NCBI GenBank assembly: GCA_051362555.1 | Contig: CM120641.1 | Location: forward strand, 12,214,001-12,278,000 | DNA: 64,000 nucleotides | Direction of reading: 5' to 3' | Origin: Lingula anatina | Lineage: Eukaryota > Animalia > Brachiopoda | Shown here: piece after piece, positions 1-12,150 of the stretch | How positions within the stretch are numbered: the first letter of the stretch is position 1 | Layout of the letters: each line of letters begins with the position of its first letter | The notes under the pieces: generated by a model | What the model was told of the DNA's origin: nothing | What the model saw: only the letters and a program-made list of their open reading frames with translations | Database searches by the model: none | Program-made: the position numbers and the translations under genes

Positions 1-86
1 TGGATATGAATGACATGCAAAGTTTGTGTCAATCAAACAAAAGGGTGAATTGCATGCAGAGGTGGGTGTTAGAGGCATGCCCCCAC

Positions 87-308
87 CTGTGCCAGAAAGT
101 GAAAGACTCCTCCTTGTACTGCCTATACTGGGAGGCCTCTCACCACTACGTGATCCTCCACTTATAGATGATCCACGCCGACTCTTCTTATCTTCCTCTT
201 CTGATATTGAGTTTTTAGGGCTCTGGCCTGTCATTTGCTTGGTAACTACCTTCTCAAGCATGTCTCCCATCACAGTGAAGCTAGGGTCAACAATGATGTT
301 AATAAAAC
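87..308 (-). CDS. PDE1: PDE1 exon: end of catalytic domain plus Ser/Arg-rich linker ((G)FINIIVDPSFTVMGDMLEKVVTKQ...RRGSS...RRSLSLSGT); 3' boundary uncertain
   Basis: Acceptor tttttcag at 309-310 in phase 1 completes the conserved SQIG|FI motif. Donor ACAG|gtgggg at 85-86 is my best guess; the frame stays open to the window edge and other GT sites exist. Confidence 0.8.
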
Positions 309-374
309 CTGAAAAATAGTTGACACAAATATGACTTGAAATACACATAGCAAACACAACTTCCATATATCACA

Positions 375-443
375 TATTATATTATATTATATTATATTAT
401 ATTATATTATATTATATTATATTATATTATATTATATTATATA
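375..443. repeat. (ATTAT)n microsatellite in a short intron
   Basis: About 13 pentamer units, seen directly. Confidence 0.95.
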
Positions 444-517
444 TACACACCACAAAATAAGTAAATGAATACCATAGGTCCTTATCAGTTTCATGTTAGA
501 AATAAACACACACTAAC

Positions 518-599
518 CTATTTGTGATTCTGCTACTAATGTGTTTTCCCTGTCGCATAGTGGTGAACATGGAAGGCCAAGTTGCTTCTCCCTGTCTCC
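518..599 (-). CDS. PDE1: PDE1 exon GDREKQLGLPCSPLCDRENTLVAESQI(G), containing the invariant purine-binding Gln
   Basis: 82 nt, AG/GT boundaries, phase 0 to 1; classic PDE motif QGDxEK..G...SPLCDR....SQIGF. Confidence 0.97.
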
Positions 600-1114
600 C
601 TGTACAGGAATATGTCCAGTTAGTAACATAAAACATCATTTAGTATCTTATTACATTATTTAGGTTTAAAGTACAAGGGTGTCCCAGTATAAATGTAACC
701 CAAGAAGGTGAACACCATTTGTTTTGTGTTTGCATACTATATACAACCCATAAATTTCTGAAAACTAGAGAAGTCAGATTATCTACAACTGCAAACAATA
801 TGGCGGCAAAGATTTTATCATTTGTAGACTGTGCTCCAAATGAGCTCTGTTCTGCTGAAGGCACATTTGAATTCTATGGGCAAAGTTGTTGATGACTTCT
901 TTTGGCACAGCTCCAATTTCTTGATCGAGTGATTACTGCTCTGGGCTGGTGTGGTGGTGGTTGTTGATATTGCATGAAACAGTATCAAACAGTTGGCCAG
1001 GACAAAATGGTGTAAGAACTATGCCACTCAGGCAATACTAATACAGTAACTTTCAAATCTCAAATACTAATCAAATGTGTTCACCTGTACAGCTGGTCAA
1101 GCACGTTCATTTAC

Positions 1115-1235
1115 CTGTTGGAAGAACTCCTCTAACAGGAGCATTGTCCACCTGTGGTGCAAGGTCCAGTCTTTGGCTGGGTGGCTTATGTCGGCACAGT
1201 GCAGCAGTAGAGATAGGGCTTTTGGCTTGTCAATG
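1115..1235 (-). CDS. PDE1: PDE1 exon (N)IDKPKALSLLLHCADISHPAKDWTLHHRWTMLLLEEFFQQ
   Basis: 121 nt, ttccag acceptor and CAG|gtaaat donor, phase 2 to 0. HxADISHPAK is the PDE1-type version of the metal-binding Asp motif. Confidence 0.97.
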
Positions 1236-1630
1236 CTGGAAATTACAGCAGTATTATCATGCTGTTGTATAAATGAACCCACATCAGTGTTATCAAATTG
1301 TGAAGATCATTATGTGATGAACAACGGAAAAATGACAAAAATACAAAATGAACCTGTGGTTGAAATTGCCATGTGTAGAATATGCAATGAATAGTGGAAT
1401 AATAACAAATAATAAAATGAACGGGCAGTCAAAATTGTGTAGACTATGCATAAATTATTGATGCTGTCAGATTTGGTTCGTTGTCAATTCATGAAAAAGT
1501 TAAGCTTTGTCCTATTCATTTACAAATTATGATATCATCCTTCTTTATGATCTCTCCTACATCAAATCAACGGGCATTTTGGCATACACAGCACTGCATA
1601 ATTCTTTGTTAAAATGAAAATGGTACCCAC

Positions 1631-1732
1631 TTTTCAGGCATACTGAGTAAATTCTTCATATTTTTGATCTGCTGAAAATGGAATGACATATCAGTGGCCA
1701 GCACCATATCTATCACTAACGACCTGAAGTAC
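1631..1732 (-). CDS. PDE1: PDE1 exon (R)YFRSLVIDMVLATDMSFHFQQIKNMKNLLSMPE
   Basis: 102 nt, phase 2 to 2, LATDM motif. Not in the ORF track; translated by hand. Confidence 0.96.
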
Positions 1733-2553
1733 CTGAAAAAGTAGACAAATAATTTATAGAAAATCTCCAGCACAGACAACCTTATATCACCCTATGTTTC
1801 AAAGAACACTGGAAACTCACCATGATGCTGATACTGAAAATGACAGGGGCATGCTGATAGCAGCTGTACGGGTGAATTTTCAGTATCCTCTAAATCTAAG
1901 GGAGTCTGGTGTTCAGTTAAAATAATATAAAGATATATTTAGCTGAAAAATATATAAAATATATGGTATTGGGAATAAAATGCTTGAAAAGCACCATTGT
2001 ATAAAAATGTAAAAGCTGTATGAATAAAAATGTTTAAGATTTTGTATTAAAAAGGATGTTGGAGTATCTGAACATTTCTATATACTGCAAGTAACCAGAT
2101 AGCAGAAAGTAGGCAATTATCCTTAATATGATATAGACCACTTTACTTCTCATTAGAGACCAGTCAACAACCTGACTATCATAGACCAGAAATAGATGGA
2201 GTGACAACTGACGTCATCGCACAGTAAGATAACACCAGTCAGCTTATTATGCCTAAGTTCTACAACCCAAGTTTAGCAATCTGGTTGATTAATGTAAAGT
2301 TGGTTCTGCAGGACTCAGGGAAGTCCAGCTATGAGCTAACCTAAGTCCACAGTGGCTTATTTTCTGTAAAATCAAATGGTACAACATATTCTTGGTGATG
2401 TGTGAGATGCATTAAGAAGGTACGATCAGCTGTATGTGCTTGCTCATTAAAGAGTCAGCTGGTGCAGCCATCATTCAATTTCACTTGAACAGACAAGTTA
2501 AATGGTTTCTGTTGAAGACTATTTGAAAGACATCCAAAGATTATCTGACTCAC

Positions 2554-2679
2554 CTAAAGTCCTCTTTGGATAAATTGGACAGTACATTATTCTCTTCCTG
2601 CTTCAGCAGTCTAAATGCAGAACTCACATGATGATTCTCTAAAACTGCTCTATCATTATATAACATTGCATAATCAGAC
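2554..2679 (-). CDS. PDE1: PDE1 exon (G)SDYAMLYNDRAVLENHHVSSAFRLLKQEENNVLSNLSKEDF(R)
   Basis: 126 nt, tttcag acceptor and AG|gtgagt donor, phase 2 to 2, YND..VLENHH motif. Confidence 0.97.
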
Positions 2680-5330
2680 CTGAAACATAAAGACAAGACA
2701 TAATTATACATCTTACAATCCACAATAACCATTGACACATACTGTAAGTAAACGGTATGGAAACTTATGATCAAAATATTCCAACCAAACCCAATTTTTA
2801 CTTTTATTTCTTTCATTTTGGTATTTGCATTTTAAACCAGTGTCATGTGAGTGTAGCATATGCAAGTCATTTGATATCTTCTGGGATTCATTCGTTTCAA
2901 GACAGAAATGGACACTGTTGTATCAATACCATGGATAAAGTTCTTGAACCATGATCAATATTATGTGCACATGAACACAATCATTTTGATGGATGTGGCC
3001 AATTTAAAGAATCATGGGCTTTGAAATTGTTTTTGCTATTTCCTTATTACCTTTGCTGTATCAAAAAATATGTATGTTAACAAAAGCAATCCTAATACAA
3101 TAACTTATATTTTTGTGCCTGTTGAAAAGTAATTCAAAATTATGACAACCTTTCTCTTCACGTATAAGAGCTGGCAGACACACTGGCAATTAATAATCAA
3201 AATCTATATGACATGAACCATTAATGTACCATTTATACTGGAAAATATGTAGAACTGGGAACATTTGTCATTCACTTTTATCTAATAGCATAAAGAGGTT
3301 TTAAAGCATTCCTCCACATAAGCTGCTTTAATCTTATTCCAAACCTGATCATTTCCCTCCAAGGAAATGATGACCTGCTCTAGAGGTCTCCATGGGATCA
3401 ACTATTCAATCAAAAAAAATATTGGATATTATTATGAACAAAAAAAGCGGAGCACAGTTGAAAAAAATTAATTTCAGTCACCCCAGGGATTGTCATTGTG
3501 CATGTTTTGTACAGTGATACGTTAAGCAATGTGCTCTTAACATAATATTGGTCATGAAATGTCATTATTGTTTAGAATTATTAGCTTGATATAAAATAGC
3601 TCAGAGGTGAAGGAGGAAATCACATTTTATCCCTCCTTTACTGATTTATTAAGTGACCATAAAACAATTTCCATATCCACTTTGAAAAGATGTAAACCAC
3701 ATACAGACAAAAGTTAATATGTAAAAACTATCATAATGATCATCATAGTTAAATGCAATTTTTGTGCTTTAAGGATATTGACATGGCAGTGGATTAAAAT
3801 TTCTATATGTGACTGGTTAAAAGAGTTAAACAAACGAAACATCAAATGGCAACATGAAAACTGATTAGATTTGTGCTTATTGTACAACATAAATACTGCA
3901 TATGATACTCACATGTCATTTTTTCATGTGTTTTTTTTTCAGGATATGCATTATACAAATGATACAGATTGAATCAATATCAACTTTGTTCAGGCTGTTC
4001 ACTCAACAAAAGTACTAGTAGCAACAGAGACACTGCACATACTTGAAACTTCCCCAGCTTGAATTCAGGCATTTCTAAGTTTTCTCTTTCTAAGAAATAG
4101 CTGATGACTGGAAAAGTGAGTTATGTGCACAAAACTGTAGTTGACAATTGTCCTAATTTGACAAAGTGCAGTGCTGAGCACAGTGGCCATGTTGGCATTA
4201 TGGTAAATGGAGTAGCAACGGGCTGTATTTATCTTGATCACAGAACATGAAAACTAGATTACACTGTCTATTACCAGAGTCCTAAGAGAATACCACTAGA
4301 CTGGTATTTTGTATCCCAAAGTCCGCACTGTAAGCAGTCAATACTAACAGAGTTAGCAGAGCATGAAGCTGACACTTGTCCATTCTTAGAACATGGCGCC
4401 TGACACAATGTGTGGATTTTTTGTACTAATCATTCTTCACTTCTTTTTATTTTCTCTAAATTCTCTTGGGTCTTAAAGGGAAAATTGGAAAAAGAGCTGT
4501 AAACCTGTTCCATTGGTGCACTTTTCTCTTGGAATTAAGTTTCATCATCCCTCTCCTGAAATCCATCTAATCTGTGTATTACAAGGACTAATGAGCCATT
4601 GGTAGACACTGTCAAAAATAACTAATGCCAGTCATAATGTTCAATTCCTTGGACTTCGGTTATCAAGTTTCATGATAATTAAGTTGAAGGCAAAATGTAA
4701 CAAAGTGCTTAAAAGGAATAAAAAGGACAAACTGTCAAATCATTTCAAATTGTTGCTATGCCCGAGTTCAGCAGACTGACATTCAAAGGAACTTTATGGT
4801 CAGACAAAGTGGCCAAATGACCAAAGAGTACCTCTCATAAATTCTGGTGCATGAATAAGTAACCAAAAGGGACAGCAGAAAATTTAATTTGTTAAAGGTT
4901 AAAATAGAGTTAAATCAAGCAAACAGGGACAATGCCAAACCAGTTAATTATAAAGGCTAACTCAATATTTCAGCCCCTTAGAGAAAAGTTTATTGTTCTA
5001 GGTTTTCACTTAATAGTTATCAGAATACCAAACAGTTCTGTCTGGCAAATCAAGTTTTTTGAAAAGTTTTTTCAATCCTGACTCTATAACCAGTTTTATA
5101 GAACTAGTTTCACAGACATAAACCTAGTCTTTTTTTCATAACTAAATAAAAACATACACCAAGCAAATGTAACATCTCTTTTTGTTTCAATTTACATAGC
5201 TGTTTCACAGGTGATAATTTAAGAAGAATATGGAGGCAATTGGGGGTATGTCATTATCTAGACCAAACTTGAAGGCGAGACAACATTACCCCATTTAAAG
5301 TTAAAGATTGTGCGTTTGTTGCTTACTTAC

Positions 5331-5431
5331 CCAGTCATAACATGGAAGTTGTTTGTTGTTCCTGTGTGTTCAAAGTCATGAATACATGCTGCTATAATTG
5401 TTGCCAAGATGTCCAAATCTGTTAACCAGTC
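5331..5431 (-). CDS. PDE1: PDE1 exon DWLTDLDILATIIAACIHDFEHTGTTNNFHVMT(G), containing the class I PDE signature
   Basis: 101 nt, donor gtaagt, phase 0 to 2. HDFEHTGTTNNF matches the HDxxHxGxxN metal-binding signature. Confidence 0.97.
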
Positions 5432-6391
5432 CTTTAAAAAAATCCACATAAAAGAATTAAAATCAAATTTATTACAGTTTGTTAAACCAATGACCACTTT
5501 CTTGATCCTTGATTAGAAAGACCCCTAAAAACATACAGGTATGTGCTTTCAAGAATTTTTACAACACCATATCATTCCTGATCTATATTATTTGTTACAT
5601 TTTTATTGTTTTTATACAGTAAAATAATACTAGTAATTAAAACTTCCAGAAAAAATTGCCTTTTTAACTCTTATTATCCATGTGAAAGCTAATTCCAATG
5701 ACAATTTTAGCTCAATGGCAACAAACAAAGTACACCCATTTATATATCTGCATGACTCGGCCAAAAGGGAATTCTTAAATGTATAGGAAATAAAGACAGG
5801 AACAGTTCGATACATTTAAGTAATACTATTAGCTCTGTGGGTTTATTCCTTGCACAGCAGGCAAGACTGTAATAGAATTACCATTGAAAGTGAAAAAATC
5901 AAATGTCACTTTTCCTATTTTGTCTTCCTGTCATCTTCAGTGTACTCAATAGATATGACACAGTTATATCAAATTTACAAAAATAAATAAATAAATAAAC
6001 TAACACAAGGATATTCTATATCCTTGGCAATTTAAAGTGGATGAGAGCCATAGCTTAACTTTATGTGTGGACCAATTTTTAAAACTAATCATCCATCATT
6101 TATTTTCTTTTAAAGTCTATCAGTGCTATCTAAAATGAAACATTTTCAGCAAATACTTAGTACATCATACAATATCTTCTACTTACAAAATAATTCTATA
6201 TTAGTAATGTTAATTACAAATCATGTCCCAGAAATCAAATTTATACCAGCTGAAATATGCTTCATTGTCCAATTCTCATTCTAATTCTGTGTGCGTGAGA
6301 GTGTGTGCCAGTACCATTCAGTTATATACAGTTATATAAAGCCCATGTAAACTCAAAATCTGGACATTAATAATTTGTAAACTTGACTTAC

Positions 6392-6532
6392 TACAAGTCT
6401 ACTTTGACTCATAATATGGTGGACAGTCTGTGCAACATCTGCTGCATGTGTTAGGTTGTGGTACGGGTTGTGATTTTTGCTGTAACCCTGCTCCATTGTG
6501 TGAAGAAAATTCTCCAAGTAGGTTATGTTGAT
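6392..6532 (-). CDS. PDE1: PDE1 exon INITYLENFLHTMEQGYSKNHNPYHNLTHAADVAQTVHHIMSQSRLV
   Basis: 141 nt, phase 0 to 0, donor gtaagt, PYHN..HAADV catalytic motif. Confidence 0.97.
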
Positions 6533-7217
6533 CTGGAACAAATGAAATCACCATACAATTGGTTTATGGTTATTGGATAAAAGTTAATCATATTTCAAGG
6601 CTTGGTCTTTAATTTGGTTGTACTGTTAAGTAATAAAATATGTCAGTAACTGACTTTGTATCAATTTTTCAATATCTATATACATGTCTAATATTTATGA
6701 CAGATATGTAAGCATATTGAAACCTTAACCACATTAACAAAGCTTGACTTCTCTGTGGTTATTTTGCGGTATAATGTGCACATCTTATATTGTACATGTA
6801 CTAGGGAAATCTACAGAACCCACAGATACAATGAAGGCTGAACAGGATAAGAAAACTCTAATCTCAACTAAATACTGTTTGTGTTATTAGCCTCAAAATA
6901 CCTCTTTGCAGACTAAAAACAATTAGATTTCAGCAATAATGGGGAGCAGAGGAAAATATATTGCTTCTATAATGGCATCCAATGTTATATGTACATTTGC
7001 CATATGTTGTACTACAATGATATTGGCGGATGGCTCTTAAATTCCCTACACTCATACTTCTCTTTTAGATATAAAATATTCTAATTCTACACATGGCATT
7101 GTACATAATTTTTTTAAGTCTTCTTACAGTAAAATGCTTAACCAAGTAATCTCAGAAAAATATGATTGAGTATTTGTCTCAAAATTTCACCCACAATGAC
7201 AAGAGGCTTCCACTTAC

Positions 7218-7334
7218 CTTAAATTTGGCAATGAGATCATAACGCTGCAATAAGTCATAGGCAACATACTTGAGAGCATGGCCCTCACTGATGTCATTTA
7301 CTGCAAACACATCAAATGACCATTCATTGATATT
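7218..7334 (-). CDS. PDE1: PDE1 exon NINEWSFDVFAVNDISEGHALKYVAYDLLQRYDLIAKFK
   Basis: 117 nt, polypyrimidine acceptor, AAG|gtaagt donor, WSFDVF motif at the start of the catalytic domain. Confidence 0.96.
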
Positions 7335-7638
7335 CTGAAATAAAAAAAAATTCAACAACTTATGATGTATCAACTACAAAAATTGCTACATCAAAATCAA
7401 ATGATTCTTGTTTAGGCTGTCTACAGGCTGTTTAACAAATCTAACTCCAAGCACATACTTTATGACCAAAAAAAAAAACATAATTTATGGAAAAAAATAT
7501 TACCACAGCAGGAGTTCAATACCAAAGGCTGTAAATAGGAAATAAGAACACATTAAACTGGAAATAATGATAATTCCCAAAGATAAAATGCCCATGAATA
7601 TCTCCTTCTCCCTTTTTATGCTTCATATTCTAGTGTAC

Positions 7639-7705
7639 CTTCAGCATCGTTGACACGGTTGGTGGAACTTGCATCCCCAGGGAAGCAGACATCCGCCGAT
7701 AGATT
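7639..7705 (-). CDS. PDE1: PDE1 exon (K)IYRRMSASLGMQVPPTVSTMLK
   Basis: 67 nt, phase 2 to 0, bridges the flanking exons in frame; resembles vertebrate PDE1 MYRR/KxxxxxGxxYP. Confidence 0.93.
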
Positions 7706-8003
7706 CTAGAAAAATTACATAAAACACAGATTATACCTTATACAAAATAATTTTTTCTTATTAATTGACCTAGTATTACATAGTCCTATCAGTCAACTTT
7801 CACATTAAGTACAGTGCATCCCAAAGGACTGCTAATAGACATCATTTACTAGAAGATTTAAGTAGTTTTAGTCAGAGCCCATTATTCAAGACTCCAACCA
7901 ACACATGGGATATACTTTAAAATGAAATTAATGTTTGAAAACGCAATCCAATTTATTACCAACTCACTTTTTTCTGTCATAAAGAAGGAAAATTTTAACT
8001 AAC

Positions 8004-8189
8004 TTGTCTACCATGATGCCTGCGCGAATTGCATGAGCCACTGTGCGGAATTTGGGTTTCTCTTCTCGAAGTTTGCGTCCCGAACTGCTCATAGAGCGAG
8101 TAAAGGTAAGAGCTAGCCAATCCCGCACCTCGCTAGGGACAGCATCGGGTTCCACCTCGCTGAGTTCATCATCCTCATCACATAAACGC
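8004..8189 (-). CDS. PDE1: PDE1 exon (R)RLCDEDDELSEVEPDAVPSEVRDWLALTFTRSMSSSGRKLREEKPKFRTVAHAIRAGIMVD(K): PDE1 N-terminal domain with the inhibitory segment and second CaM-binding region
   Basis: 186 nt, phase 2 to 2. DAVPSEVRDWL..TFTR and KPKFR..AHAI.AGI are diagnostic of PDE1. Confidence 0.97.
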
Positions 8190-11100
8190 CTAAAAACAAT
8201 TCAACATAATATCAATGTAACTAAGGGGAACACTAATAATTTGCTGATAAAATCATATCACCGTTTTCTTTGTATCAGTATACCTGGAAATATTGATATA
8301 TATGCAAATATCAAGTCTGTAAATGTTGAGTAAATGACAATCAAAATACAATCATCTGCCGGCACCTAGAATACAATTGTTTTCTATTAATGCTATGGTA
8401 TAAAATTAGAATTTTTTCAAATAAAAATTTCAAAGAGCTTTCAGCTGACAGAAATATCTTTTAAACATGCATGATCTACACAGTACAAGTGTGAGGTATA
8501 CAACAGGTTAAATAATATTTTCTCTATACCAGATATAATCAATATGTTTTCAAATAATGCCTATACATATAATACCTCATGTTTTGAAACATCTTCCTTT
8601 GTGCCCTCTTCATACTTCACGACCTCTGTCTATAGCTACATCTACACATGTTGAAGTCTATTGTAAGTAACACACAGAAACATACTGACTGACATGAAAC
8701 CTACTTGCATTTCACAACATCTGAATAATCTTTACCAAACAGTCCTCACAAAACATTTCTGAGAAATATCACAAATCAAATAATTCCATTCTTTAAATTA
8801 ATGTATCACAACTGAACAGTGTATTCTATTTCAAAATCCAAGGCCCTATCACTTATCATGCTTGAGCTCAAAGCAATCAAGATCTGTTCTAAACAAATAT
8901 AATTTTCTTTAAACAGCCATAAGTATACACCTAAAACATGGTACCATGTCAAAATACAATCTTCATATAGACAAGAGAATTTATGCCATCCCAAGTCCTG
9001 TACTGTATGTATATATGGGAGATATATAGAACTGCCAAAACTGTACTATTTAAATATACACATAATTATATGTGTACATAAAGCTTCTAATCAAAAGGTC
9101 TGAAAAAAATGGGGAATTTTGTACATTTGAAAATGTGAGGAAAATCTGTAAATCAGGGAATCAGTTGAGTAACAGCCAAAGCATTGAAGCCTCAGCCAAA
9201 AAAACTAATATTTCCCCAGGAACACAATACAAATAATATTCCTGGAAGGTTAACAAAAATCATGTCCTGGCAAACAAATGGCAACTAATAAGAGGAAAGG
9301 GAGGTGCATTGTAGGTTCTAAGTATGATATCCAAAGGGAATTGTTTACCAGCCAGGGGTTCCATGCCAGCAAGCAGAAATGGATGCAAATAGAATGAAAG
9401 TTCTACACATATATGAAATCATGTAATTTGCCCAGTGCGTTATTGACAGACCATTACCTGATGGGGCGGCAATACATGAAATCCTATTAAAATTAGAATG
9501 CATGGCAGCCTTTCTATCTGCTTTCAAATGCTAATTTGCCATGAGAAAATGATAACTTCATAATCCAGTCAGGCCATTGCCCAGAGAAAGAGGAGTCAAA
9601 TAAATGCACATTCATATGGCAGAACTGCACCAATACAACTGATTTTTGATAGCAGGCTAAATGCATTCAATTCTGTAATGGTCACAATAAACCCAAGGTA
9701 ATAATAGTAGAGGTCACCTAAAGAAAACAGTAAGAGGCAAAACAACCCAATAGATTTCAATTATGAAGAAAAGAAAAAGAAGAAAAAATGGCGTGTGAAA
9801 TGTGGGAGGTGCAGAAAAACCAATGTGATAAAAAGATATAAATATTGCTTTAAGACAATGTCAGAAATCCTTACCCAAATATTTTGAAAACTGAGATTTA
9901 TCTTTTGTATTTTGTTTTCTAAGAGAAACAATATGACCACACAGAAATTCCTATAAAATTTCAATTAAAGAGAAAGAGAAAGTCAATCTGCAAGTTTTTG
10001 CAAATAACCAGAAGCTAGGCAGTTTTTAAAAAAATCACTATCATAGAAAGAAGTGGCTTCACTACATAATAAACAACCAGCTAAAACTGAAAAATGTACA
10101 GATAACCTATCTCAGTTGAAGTATTAGGAAAACATGTGAACAGTGTCTAACTGCACAGGTACTTCTAATTAAAAGGCTCACATTCCAAGAAGCTTGAAGG
10201 GAAAGAAATTCTCCACATATAAGCTATTGATAGACTCATTGTTAGAGATAAAAATAATATTACAAGAGTAAAATCAGGTAAAATGATGAATGAAAAGATA
10301 CAGGGAATAATCTGAGCATTCAAAATTTATCAGCATTTTACACCCACAGGTAACCCCAGCAAGTTACACTGCCATCTCTCAGTTTTCTCAAATATATGAA
10401 CACTTCTGAGTACAGCACAGGAGATTAGGTTACTTCATTGCCTTCACATGTGTGTACAGTATGATCCAACATTAACTCGCCCTATGATAATATACATCCA
10501 CACATTTGCTGGAAATATTAATAATTCTATTAAATAGATGGCTTAAGAAGTACTCAACAATGGTGGTTGACGCAGTTGTGAATGGATCTGCATCACTGAT
10601 GATTCACTTGCAATAAACAGCTCTTCTTGCAAATGTATTATAAACACTAACTTTGGTCCTGAATTATATGTTAGAATCCTTTTAGTCATATCTATTAGGT
10701 CATTTCTAGCTCTATTAACAAGTGGTATCCTTCCCCTACACATTTAGACTGGTAAACTATGAGATACATCGCTTGACAGAAATTAGCAATGACTCTACAC
10801 TTCTTGTTTAGATGTAAGCTATATGATGATTTAAGGAACCAGTTCATGACAGTAGCCTTCGAAAAAAATGGAACTACAGTAACTTTCAAAATTATGTTGG
10901 TCCAAAGAGACTGATTTTTTTCTTTCTTATTTTTCACAACCAAAAACTACATATAGACTTTTGACTTCCTTTAATTAAGCTGTATTTCTCTCTCCACATT
11001 ATATTATAGTACTGTATATAGTTTTGCAATCCTTAATTACTTAGGCTTGGTTCCTGTATAGGTGTGGGACTTGAAATAAACTATTCATTCATTCAATAAC

Positions 11101-12055
11101 AGCAAAGATTTGTTTTCAATCAGTTTCCGAAACACAAGTTATAATTATCTGCATTTTTGTTACACTAACTCATGAAACAATACACGTCTGGGAATCTTTT
11201 CAATACAACACTTTTTATCATTAAATTGGAAGATTGTATCTCATTTTATTACAAAAATGATCAGGCTTTGCTGCTGTCTATCTCGCAAGCAAATAGCATC
11301 ATGCAAGAAGGCAATCCCACTTTCGATTGGGGTTTCTAACTAATAGCTTGAGTAGCTTGGTAACCTTTCTTGAAATAAACCAAATAAATAGGCTTATTTT
11401 ATCCACCCTGTACTTCCAACCATGTTTCAATAGTTTTCTAATAATGACAGCAAGTATATAGTAGTTCATGTATCACTGGTTCATCATATACTTTATGTCA
11501 TTTTTATTGTGCAACTGTCTAGATCTTTGCATATTACTTGTACAATAAGGATGATTTTCTGTAGTAAGTAGCCTGAAGGATGTGAAGTAATTTTATATTA
11601 CACTGAATCAGATTGATTTCTCTATCCATAACTCTCAGAATCTAGGACCCAAAATATTCCCTCCTAGTCAGAATTTATTCCTCTCAGGATGTCAACTTGC
11701 ACAAGGAACTTAAAATGTTCCTAGAACAGCTGTGACTATAATTAATATGCAATAGTACTCAATCAAAAGCTCATATATCATGGTATTCACAAATGACAGT
11801 TTCACAAAAAGGAATAATTTTAAAGATTTTTCAAAATTATGTTTATATAGTTGTTTCAACCTAAAGCCCAAATATGTACTTCCATCTGGAACAAATTGTT
11901 TGATAATAAAAGTACCAACTGCAATATGTCCAAATAATAATAAGAAGAAGAATAAATAATAATAATAAGAATAATTGAATTACTACAAAAATCACCTCAT
12001 AATACAGATAAAAATAGTTGAAAAATGATATCAAATGTAAAAAATACAACAATAC

Positions 12056-12150
12056 TTTTCTGATTTTTTCTCTTCATCCTTGTCAGCCATCTTGACAATG
12101 CAGGCTGTTGGCATTCCTGTTGGTTCAGCTTCTGGGTTTGACAAACTCAT
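12056..12150 (-). CDS. PDE1: Candidate internal alternative first coding exon MSLSNPEAEPTGMPTACIVKMADKDEEKKSE(K), joining exon 8004-8189
   Basis: Three in-frame ATGs (12150, 12114, 12090) after an in-frame TGA; phase-2 donor AA|gtattg (weak). Confidence 0.45.

Noticed and set aside
26-319. Plus-strand 97-aa ORF (also 1077-1394 and 8043-8333)
   Set aside because: Antisense shadows of PDE1 coding exons with no independent protein signature.
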